DNA of 63,952 bases, the filler included, from Pelomyxa schiedti (Eukaryota; Protista; Evosea): the NCBI GenBank assembly GCA_020536535.1. It is 9 parts of 9 records of this genome, joined end to end, with 100 filler letters (N's around TTAATTAATTAA, not from the genome) between each part and the next. Parts side by side here need not be neighbours in the genome. Positions count along the whole stretch, not along the records: positions 36,898 to 48,546 come from JAHLWZ010000488.1; positions 48,647 to 50,662 come from JAHLWZ010000302.1; positions 50,763 to 52,519 come from JAHLWZ010002289.1; positions 52,620 to 56,199 come from JAHLWZ010001730.1; positions 56,300 to 61,955 come from JAHLWZ010001479.1; 4 more parts are not named here. One strand, 5' to 3'. This document shows positions 47,913 through 58,181 of the stretch, one piece after another. Position 1 is the first letter of the stretch, and every line of letters begins with the position of its first letter. The notes under the pieces were generated by a model that saw only the letters and a program-made list of their open reading frames with translations, was not told where the DNA came from and did no database searches. A program made the position numbers and the translations under genes.

Positions 47913-48300
47913 TCAGTCTGACTGAAATTTCAATCAAACCAAATCTTCAGTCCCTGCACTGCCGCCTCGTGTGGTCAGCCCCACTTCTGATAAATCAACA
48001 ATAATTTCCTTCTTTGAAAAAAAACTGTACTCTCACAGAACCTATTCAAACCCAATTGGAATCATAACAACAACAACACCAGACCTCCGATAACCAAAAT
48101 GAAAATGACAGTGTTCCGGTCCGTTTATTATTTTCGGCCAGTAATTTGATCTTTGATTTCTTTCCGGAAAAATGGATGACCACGTTGCCGCGTCGTTGCA
48201 TGCCCACGACGGAAAAAAAGCGAAACAAAAGGAAGTCGAGAACCCAACAAAAAAACAAAAGAAAGCAACAACACAACAAAACAAACAGTAACCAAGTTCA

Positions 48301-48546
<246 letters not shown>

Positions 48547-48646
48547 NNNNNNNNNNNNNNNNNNNNNNNNNNNNNNNNNNNNNNNNNNNNTTAATTAATT
48601 AANNNNNNNNNNNNNNNNNNNNNNNNNNNNNNNNNNNNNNNNNNNN

Positions 48647-49939
48647 TGCCCGGAAGTACACCTAGCCTTTTTTCTGCGATTTAATGATCGTAAAAGAAAG
48701 AGGTTTGACAAACTGGATTTTGATTTGCAGTGCATGAAGGGCAGAAGTCGTATCCGTAACCACATTTAGAGCAGTGAGCAACCATAGAGGCCATTGATAC
48801 ACGTCGGAACATGTCCTGACACTGGGCACATTTGTATCCCGCTTGGGATGATAGAACTGTGGTCAGGAGGGAGTGTTCAGTTATTTCTGTGAGTTCGTGC
48901 CTCTGATTATCCCGGTTGGCAGGACAAATCATCCTCTGCAAAAAAAGAGCAACTTAAGAGGGTTGCACTTTGGGTGGCATTAAAGACAACACACTGGATT
49001 GACATCTTCACAAATGACACATTGTCTCCCTCGAGTATTCTCAAAAAGGTACTGTCGGTATTGTAAAGTACAGTACAACAATCAAGTAAAAAATTCATGA
49101 AATACTCACTTGTGAGAAGGCTTTCCCTTCTAACTTGCACAAGTCCCTGCGAGGTTGGTGTCTATCTGGGTACTGTTCCTTTATGGTTTGCGCAATATAA
49201 TTTGAACATGTTGCAAAGTACTCGATCGGAGATGGATCTTATTGGATTAAAAAGCCGCTGTTAAATAAAATCCAAAAGAAAAAAAAAGGAGGGGTACCCA
49301 CCTCTCCTCCCCCTGGCAGCACAACAATCACAGTATACTTTCAAGGCATTATCGAGGGTATCGGGCATCAACTCATTCCATGACCGCGGCTTCCTCGCGT
49401 TGTCAGGAACCTACAAATAACAATGGTGTATTAATTGTTTATTGTTTTTGTTTAATGGTTTTTGGTTTTTGGTTTTTTGTTTTTTCCTTAATTTGCACCC
49501 CTTTATTCCCATAATAACACAAGCCTAGCCCCCAATTTAACACCGTCGCGACAACATACATCGATTGCGCCGCTGAGGCACACTGAGCACCTGGGTCTCA
49601 CGTGCGCGACCGACACCGCCGGCTTGCTGTCGCACATCGTGCACACGACGTAGAACCCGCTCGCCAGGCACTCCTCGTACCTCTCCTCCAAGTCCTCCAC
49701 GTGCCTGCTCGCGCTCGCGCTGGTGCTCGTAGTGGCACTCGCGGCACTCGCGGTCGCGGCGGCTGCCCCCCTCGCCGTGGGGGTTGTGGTGCTCGTTGTC
49801 GGCGTCGTCGCTGCGGCCGTGGGGGTGCGGGGAGGGTCGGCCATCATGGGGTCGTCGCCGTCTGCGGCGGGGGGGCGGGCGGCGCGGCGCTGCTGGGCTG
49901 TGGGCGGGGTGCCGGGGGGAGTGCGGGCGCGGAGGAGGG
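48647..49939 (-). CDS. Parkin-like RING0-RING1 protein fragment (both ends missing)
   Basis: Exons 49939-49560, 49410-49302, 49237-49110, 49051-48995 and 48935-48714 give GFYVVCTMC...HVRPRCSVC...PRSWNEL...YCDCC...IEYFATC...YLFENTRGRQCVICEDVNP. Confidence 0.75.
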
Positions 49940-50039
49940 NNNNNNNNNNNNNNNNNNNNNNNNNNNNNNNNNNNNNNNNNNNNNNNNNNNNNNNNNNNNN
50001 NNNNNNNNNNNNNNNNNNNNNNNNNNNNNNNNNNNNNNN

Positions 50040-50662
50040 ATCACAGTATACTTTCAAGGCATTATCGAGGGTATCGGGCATCAACTCATTCCATGACCGC
50101 GGCTTCCTCGCGTTGTCAGGAACCTACAAATAACAATGGTGTATTAATTGTTTATTGTTTATTGTTTATTGTTTAATGGTTTTTGGTTTTTTGGTTTTAC
50201 GGTTTTTTGTTTTTTCCTTAATTTGCCGACCCCTTTATTCCCATAATAACACAAGCCTAGCCCCCAATTTAACACCGTCGCGACAACATACATCGATTGC
50301 GCCGCTGAGGCACACTGAGCACCTGGGCCTCACGTGCGCGACCGACACCGCCGGCTTGCTGTCGCACATAGTGCACACGACGTAGAACCCGCTCGCCAGG
50401 CACTCCTCGTACCTCTCCTCCAAGTCCTCCACGTGCCTGCTCGCGCTCGCGCTGGTGCTCGTAGTGGCACTCGCGGTCGCGGTGGCTGCCCCCCTCGCCG
50501 TGGGGGTTGTGGTGCTCGTTGTCGGCGTCGTCGCTGCGGCGGTGGGGGTGCGGGGAGGGTCGGCCATCATGGGGTCGTCGCCGTCTGCGGCGGGGGGGCG
50601 GGCGGCGCGGCGCTGCTGGGCTGTGGGCGGGGTGCCGGGGGGAGTGCGGGCGCGGAGGAGGG
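50040..50662 (-). repeat. Near-identical second copy (allele or assembly bubble) of 49329..49939
   Basis: Same two RING0 exons, with small indels in the intron and the Ala/Thr tract. Confidence 0.85.
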
Positions 50663-50762
50663 NNNNNNNNNNNNNNNNNNNNNNNNNNNNNNNNNNNNNN
50701 NNNNNNTTAATTAATTAANNNNNNNNNNNNNNNNNNNNNNNNNNNNNNNNNNNNNNNNNNNN

Positions 50763-50999
50763 AGTTGTGATTACAATGTGTGGGATGTGAACACAGACCT
50801 GTGTAAGCCGTTGAGGACAGTGAAGGGCACCCCTGGCTTCATCACAAAACATGCCTTTCTTGAAGGTGGTCTTATATTCCAACAGAGCAAGAACAGGAAG
50901 GAAATTCATGTTAGAGACAGCACCAGTCACCATATCATTACACTAAAATCATTCAGACCAATAGTACAGTTCTCTGATCATTTCTCATTTCAAAATTGA
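50763..50999 (+). CDS. 3' end of a lineage-specific family gene
   Basis: VWDVN...PLRTV...EGGLIFQ...IHVRDSTS.HIITL resembles the family C-terminal motif. Confidence 0.55.
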   Translation, partial: SCDYNVWDVNTDLCKPLRTVKGTPGFITKHAFLEGGLIFQQSKNRKEIHVRDSTSHHIITLKSFRPIVQFSDHFSFQN

Positions 51000-51410
51000 A
51001 AATGAAAAAAACAAAAGAGTATCAACACCACTTTGCACCAACCCGCCCATGTGTACCCCCTTTGGCATGGCGATTGCAGTGTAGAGAGACGCGGCCCTAG
51101 GCTTGTCACACTCCACACACACGCCAAAACCACCCGAGCGCCACCATCGCGTCGCGGGGTTGCCCAAGTCGGCGGCCATGGCCCACGCCGACACCGCCTT
51201 GTGCGCGTCGCGGTTGGAACCAAAACGGGTGCCCTTGCAGTACTCGCACCCAAGCAGGAACAGGCCACCGCCATCACGTGCAGTGGTGCACCAGCGCAGG
51301 GCCTCGTCGAGGTTCGGGGCCACCCCACGCTGTCCAAAGTGGTAACGCAGAGCCGGTTCTCTCATTGCCTGGTCGATGAGGAGGTGGATGGGGGAGGTGT
51401 CTGTTGCCAT
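50985..51410 (-). CDS. Short SEL1-repeat protein (possibly degenerate)
   Basis: YHFGQRGVAPNLDEALRW, AVSAWAMAADLGNP; paralogue of 52274. Confidence 0.6.
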   Translation of the reverse strand: MATDTSPIHLLIDQAMREPALRYHFGQRGVAPNLDEALRWCTTARDGGGLFLLGCEYCKGTRFGSNRDAHKAVSAWAMAADLGNPATRWWRSGGFGVCVECDKPRAASLYTAIAMPKGVHMGGLVQSGVDTLLFFSFSILK

Positions 51411-52273
51411 TTTTTTTATTGCCTAATCTGAAGGTGTGAACATCAACCCTCAACAAAATAATCATCAATGATGGCCGCAATGTGTGGTGGTTGTGGTGAC
51501 GGTGGTACCACCCCCAGCTACATCAGTTCCCCCTCAGCTGGGAATGCCGACAGCAAAGCAATGGGGGTACTGGCTTGGTGTTACCACTACGGTACGGTAA
51601 ACGTGGAGCGGACAAGGCACTTCACCTGTACCGCGCGGTAGCAGTGTCAGTGGTGGTGGGGATGATGATGACAAGACAACCATGATGGCAAAACAGAGAG
51701 AGAGAGCTACTGTGTGTGGTGGAATCGGGATCTGTGGGAGTGATATTATGAATCGTGTCCGTTACCACGCCAACTCCATCCACTGAAAAGGAATACCACT
51801 GGAAGCAGTTGAAATCAGTGAGTACGTATGTCAACCCTGAGGGTGTGCTCACTGAGGTTTAGACCTACCAGATTAAGTTTGGTGAACTAACCAGAATGAG
51901 GGGAAAGTGAACAAATTTTCCGCATCTAGGTCTTTCTTCAATTCAATCAGGATCAGATATTAACATTGGAACAGGGTGCCATGTTGATATATCTCTGGCT
52001 TCACTATTGTGATCCATTATCTGTTGGGAACCAGGAAAGCCTTTGACTGTGTGTTTTCTCCCAAGCAGTTATTATTTAAAAATAAAAAGAGCGCATAATA
52101 ATAATATATAATATATATTATACTAGTTAGTTCCACTATATGTATGTATGGAACCGCTACACACGATTTTAGCAGTTGTATTCAACAACTTGGAAAACCC
52201 CAAGTTGTTTGTGGCAAAAATTGAACACGTGAACCATCAATTCGGCTAGTTGAGAAATTTTTTGTAGGCTACA

Positions 52274-52519
52274 ATGACACACGCGGCCAGTAAAAGCAGC
52301 ATTGGTTCCCTCATCGACCAGGCCAACGCAGGCAACACCCCATCTATGCGTGAGCTGGCTCGGTGCTACCGCATTGGTGCCCAGGGAGTGGCCAAGAGCC
52401 TGGACAAGGCATTGCGCTGGTACCACGCCGCGTGCGACGGCGACGGCATGTACAACGTGGGGGGTGACTACTTCCAAGGCAGCTGCGACGTGGACAGGGC
52501 CGTGTCTGCGTGGAGCATG
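52274..52519 (+). CDS. SEL1-repeat protein, 5' fragment
   Basis: QANAGNTPSMRELARCYRIGAQGVAKSLDKALRWY. Confidence 0.75.
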
Positions 52520-54069
52520 NNNNNNNNNNNNNNNNNNNNNNNNNNNNNNNNNNNNNNNNNNNNTTAATTAATTAANNNNNNNNNNNNNNNNNNNNNNNNN
52601 NNNNNNNNNNNNNNNNNNNCTACCTCCACCCCCTTCACCTCCCCCACTTTTTTTCCTGTAGCTCAGCTAACCCTGCACCAGGGAAATCTACTAAATTTTT
52701 AAGGTGGGTGGTACTTTTATGCTGCTTTTAAAGCTTGGCATGTTGCAAGTGAAGACCAAGACAAACCTACATTTTCATACCCTAAGTTTTTAGAGTTTGT
52801 AATATCCTCATTTAAATTCTTTATTTACCACTCCACAGTGTAAAGACAATCATTATTTGCGGACTCTTTTTGATACTTAAGCTGATTCGTTTTTAGATTA
52901 TATATGGCTGAATAAAAAAAACACCAGACTGCCAATCCTGAGTGATGACTCAATAATTCGATTTTGTGGAAAAAAGAGGAAGGGCCAAGACAGGACTCCA
53001 ATTTGGCGCAAATCTGATAAAACAATTTTTTCCCCCAAAACTTGTGTGCACAACAGTAGAGCTGGGATGCCTCTGTTCAGACCAAAAGCATGCCCAACGT
53101 GTTGTCGAAGGACAGTACTATAGGTTGTACTGTCTGAATCCAGTCTCTTCCATCCTGCTGAACGAAAAAAAAATCGGTTATGCTGGTTTCGTACCCAGGC
53201 TTTTTCAGCCTAAAAAACGAATTTGAAGGGCAGGTGGGATGTCGGTGGTGCTGTTGGCTGTGTGTGGTGAGTCGGTGCAACAACAACAAATGGGATAGAG
53301 GAGAAAGGTTGTTGTCATGCAACTATGTGGTCCCAGCCACCAAAAACCTACCCGCACACAACACAACCAAGTAAGAAGAAAATCACTAGAAGGTGCTTGA
53401 CAGAAACTCAAGGAACAACGCGAGGTAACCAAAACAAAAAAAACGTGGGGCTGAGTCCTGGGGCAAAAAAAAAAAGCTGGGACAGGGGAGAGGGGGGGGA
53501 GGGTGCAGGGCCGAGAAGTGAGGTGGGAAGGGGTGGAAGGGGGGAGCGGCAGTGAAGCACTCTAACTACAGGATTTACATAATGCCACTAATGGAAAAAA
53601 ACACTCAATGGTCAAGAAACCAAAATGGAAAGCCAAACAAATACTCTTCAACTTATTTCACAATAAGTCTGCCTTGAAGCACTTTACTTCACATCATGTG
53701 AAGAGTTGTCTTGCCACCTTGAGCACCTTACATCTTTCCATAAAAAAGGTAAAAAAAAAAAGAAACTCTCACAATTTATGTGTTGCATCTAGGCTATTCC
53801 TTTAACTGGCTTTTCTTGTACTATCATTTTTAACAATCACAGAAAATTGAAATAGGTTATTTTTTAATTTTTGTGTTACTTTCATAATAAATGCTTTTTA
53901 GTTGTTACAACAACAAGATATTCCTAGATGGGAACCTCACTGCAAAGCAATAGCTAAGCAACACCGAAAAGATACTCCCTCTGGCCAAGTAGAAGCTGCA
54001 GCTGAAGAGAATCTTATGGGCTGGCTAAACAATGAATTACACACCACACACCATTTGGTATTTTATGTC

Positions 54070-54304
54070 TGGCCCCCCCTGGGTCCCCTGCTTGTCCCCT
54101 CACCCTCCCGCTTTTTTTTTTTTTTAACACCCTTCACCTCCACCGCTTTTTTTTTTTTTAGGCCCTCCACCCCCTTCACCCCCCCACTTTTTTTTTGTTT
54201 GGCACCTCTGCCCCCTTCACCCCCCACTTTTTTTTTGTTTGGCACCTTCCCCTCCCCCGCTTTTTTTCCCTTAGCTCAGCTAACTCCACAGCAGGGAAAT
54301 CCTG
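54070..54304. repeat. C/T-rich subterminal repeats ending in a transposon-like terminus (related copy at 52620-52690)
   Basis: Units such as CCCCTTCACC(C/T)CCC.CTTTTTTT, then TAGCTCAGCTAAC...CAGGGAAATCCTG; the reverse complement begins CAGG, as in hAT TIRs. Confidence 0.55.
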
Positions 54305-54525
54305 TGAAGAGACTACCTCAAGATCCTTGGACAAAGAAAACACTCAAAATTACTGAGTCTGCTCAAGTGCACCAACAAGCACAAGCAAGACAGTCTAAGC
54401 ACCAACCACTTTGAGAAACCTGTACTCATTGTGCTGTGGGAAGCAGGAATTGTTGACTTACCTCAGAACAAAAAAAGTTCACTGTGCAAGACATGAGAGA
54501 TTGGCTTATATCTGAGCAAATGCCT

Positions 54526-56199
54526 TCAGAGGGCCTCAGACCAGAGCTGATTGAAAGAATAAGAAATGTGGTTTTGCTTTTCCAGTGGTGGTGGTTGTGC
54601 TTCTGGGTGGTTTCTGGAATTCAATTTATAGCTCACTTTGGCCTCCAATAACCTAGTGCTGATTTGTGGCCCTGGCACCAACATTGTGTCTAGCTCATTA
54701 AAAGAACTTTCCACCTTTTGTGTAGTAATTGGTTGAAAAGCAGACTTCCCTACGAAATTTATCCAAGGAGCAGTAAGGGGCAATAGCTGGCTTCCCTCCT
54801 TTGCTATCATGCACATACCTCTTCAAGTCTTTCTTTAGACCTAATGCAGCTTGTCCACTTTTGGAAGTAATGAGCAACTGTAGCTTTGTATGCTCCCAGG
54901 AAAGCTTTAGCCACATCAATACCAAGTGTCGTCACATCAACCAAGGGAGACAACTTATCAACCTCTGGTGCTTCAGCCCACTCTGTCATTGAAATCTGAA
55001 AAGGAGCAAACTCAGAAAGGAAAGAGAGCTGCACTCAAAGTATAGGATTCTGTAACCAAGCTCTCATGGCATAGCAAGTCTGCCTCAAAGTACGGTGGTT
55101 GCTTGCACAGTGGTCATTAATATACCTTGGATTTGTGGAATCCTTTGCTCAACCCATACAACAGCATTTTTTTTTTTTTTTTAGCACAGTCAACCAACGA
55201 GTGGCCAGAGGAAGGGGAATGGTGGTTTCATCAGGGGGATCTAACTTATGGTTGTGACACCAATAGAGAGAAATTGAGAGATGGCCTCTGAGGGGTTCAT
55301 TCCTTTATGAAAAATCCACCAAATGTGATACAGCATTGCCACTACATTGGCATTTGGGCTTTTTATTGAGTGCTTGAATGACCCCTTTTCATTGAGCCCA
55401 CATGCTGCTGCAATCCCATGATTCAATGCAATATTGGCTATGTGCAACACACAGCCAGTTGACCTGCACTCTGACTCTTTCATTTTCAACTTTTTCCTCA
55501 CTAACTCAATGGTGCCTCCTACTTCTCCTTGCATCCCAGTGTGTACTTCTGCAAAGTACACGAGCTCGGACTTCGGAGATCACAAGAGATCTTGATTACC
55601 AGAATGGGACTCTGAGAGGAAACATCACACCGGCAACACGCCAGCAACGCAAACAGAGAAAGACTCAACAGACTCGGCATAGCAGAATGCAGGTGAACTC
55701 TGCATTAGGAAGGACACAACCGCTTCTCAAACCAACTGCACACACGAGACAAACAACACCAAAAATAACCAAACTTTGTGCATCCTACAATGCTACTACA
55801 GCGCCCTTGTGCGTAACTAAAAGACAAGACATACAGAGGCCAAACCAACTCTGTGTAATGTGGAGACAACATGTTCTGCCAGTTCTTCAGCTGAGCAGTG
55901 TGGAGTGAAAGAGAAACTCAGCACTTTGCACACTGTAGTATTCTCCACAGCAATTCAGCCAGGGCAGCATTGATATTGGGTATGTCACTTCTACTTGGAA
56001 GTTGCTCCAAAGTAATTACTTTACCAGTTGTGTACAACTGAAAGAAATAATATAATCATACATGAGAAAACAAAACCCATACATGAGAAATGGCAAGAAT
56101 TTCAGGTAACTTTCTGGCACTCACATAGGTTGACAACCAGCGAATGCACCTTGCTTGCAACAGCTTGTCACAAGTTGAGTCACTGTTGTTGGATGCAGA
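54526..56199 (-). mobile_element. Degenerate hAT-type transposase
   Basis: SAEELAEHVVSTLHRVGL, MQGEVGG, GCVLHIANI (CxxH), ATRW, PITTQKVESSFN (dimerisation-domain motif), with stops and frameshifts. Confidence 0.65.
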
Positions 56200-56299
56200 N
56201 NNNNNNNNNNNNNNNNNNNNNNNNNNNNNNNNNNNNNNNNNNNTTAATTAATTAANNNNNNNNNNNNNNNNNNNNNNNNNNNNNNNNNNNNNNNNNNNN

Positions 56300-58181
56300 C
56301 CTTTTCGAGGATTAGAATCGCATTAACTCGGTTCAGTGCATGCCAATATACGGGATATAGTGAGAATACCGATGTGCAGCTGCAGTGTGGGTCACATCAT
56401 ACTCTAATTTTGGTAAAACTGAAGAGTAGTGTTTCACCTTGTTGGGACGTAAGATCAGGAGGATTGTTGTTGTTTAAATGTGACATTTGGGTCTCCCCAG
56501 GTCCGAGTCAATTTCTGAACCGCTTTGTGTTGAACTGCCGCTAAGATCGCAGTTATGGAACTGAAATTCCCTATCTTGTGCAACTGGTCTGCGACCTGAA
56601 GGATATAACTCAGAAAACCAACTCTATCCTGAAGGGAGTGCATGGACAGAAGTTCCACCAAAACTGCATTGGAGAGCTGTCATTCAAGGTGAGAGAATAT
56701 TCACATTAATGATGATAGGAACAACCCTGTCCGACCACTCAATGCACCCGGTGATGTTGGGTGCATCAATATCCCGCGTTTCGGTTTCCCACCTCTTCAA
56801 CAGAAATTCAGGAGCCTGAATTGAAGACATTGAATTCGATTCCATCAGTGTCAGTTGTTCGCAAAACGAGTCCACAGAACACAGTGGAAATACTGCTCGA
56901 GAAGGAATCCCCGGTGGTATCGTCTCATTGCGTGCCCTGATGGGAGGTATCACCAATTTCGAGCAACTTTTTTCACTGTGAATTCGATGAGAGAGAGCTT
57001 TTGGGTGCCAGTTCACCTCGTTGAAAGTGCACTCTTTATCCGTTCAGGCATAGTATCAATGAAATCTTTCAGCAGCAGAAGAGATTCAAGGCGCGGTTTT
57101 GAGAAGAGCACCACATCAACGAGTATGTGCATTGGAAGAGAAGAGAGCACACAGCAGTGTGAAAGTCGATGTGAATGTGACGCCAAGACCTGAATGGAAC
57201 ATTTCTTCCACTGTTGATGCAGCAAATGAAAGGAGTTATCAACTTGAAAGCAGTGAGTGAGATGACACAATGTCACGAAACGGACTCACCTCGAACCAAA
57301 GATTCAGGGCATATTGACAACCAATTTTTAACAAACATGCAACACCTGGAGGTGTGATTAAGTTGACTTTCCCCACTGGCAAACCTGAGCATTGGTATTT
57401 TGTTTGAAGGGTCTGCAGTCAGGAAGTTTTTACATTTCTAAGGTGAAAAAAAGAAGTGTGACACTTCTTTTTTAGTAGGCACATGAGTGGGAATGCAAAC
57501 ATACATCTATCAGAATTCTCAATAGCGGACAAGCTGGAATGACAGAATCGTGTATCAATATAAACTCCTTCAAGTATTGGGGTGATGGTCTCAATACACC
57601 CAGAAAATTTGGTCCGTCTTTTTTTTTTTCCTCTCAGTGGGGAGAAAAAAAGGGGGGGGTAAAGAACGGCAACCATTGAGAGTGAATTCTTCAAACATGG
57701 AACGCACCAAAACGGGCAAAGTTGCAGCCTTCAAAACTGGCTGCGATCCACCTCCTTGTGTCCCAACAATAACGAGCTCCGCTGCCCCTGCATCCCCCGT
57801 ACTTCGTAGTTTTTTTTTTACACCAACATAAACTATGGGAACAGTGGGGGGAAAACCAAGGCGGGGAGGAGTACAGTGGCACATTGACACTCACGTGGTG
57901 AATGACCCACAACTCGATTCCACCAGGGAGAACGTCCCTTGCATCCTCTTCGCGTAACCTTCTGGACGAATAATGAGTAATTCGATTTTCTTTTCTTTTC
58001 GGCCTCGCTGAGGAGTCACAGCAGTGACTGCGCACGCTGAGGATGTGCGCACCTCGTTGTGTGCAGGTGATTTATGAAGATGCCCAAACGAAGTTCCTGA
58101 ACTGTCCAGCCCCTCGTGAGAAAGGGTCAAATGGTATTTGTCAGCTCCAGCTCTTATTCCAGTTTTGACTTGCTCAGCCAA
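56300..58181 (-). CDS. RasGEF (REM + CDC25 domain), both ends incomplete
   Basis: VLKAATLPVLV; FCEQLTLMES...IQAPEFL...APNI; LHKIGNFSSITAILAAVQHKAVQKLTRTW. Confidence 0.85.
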
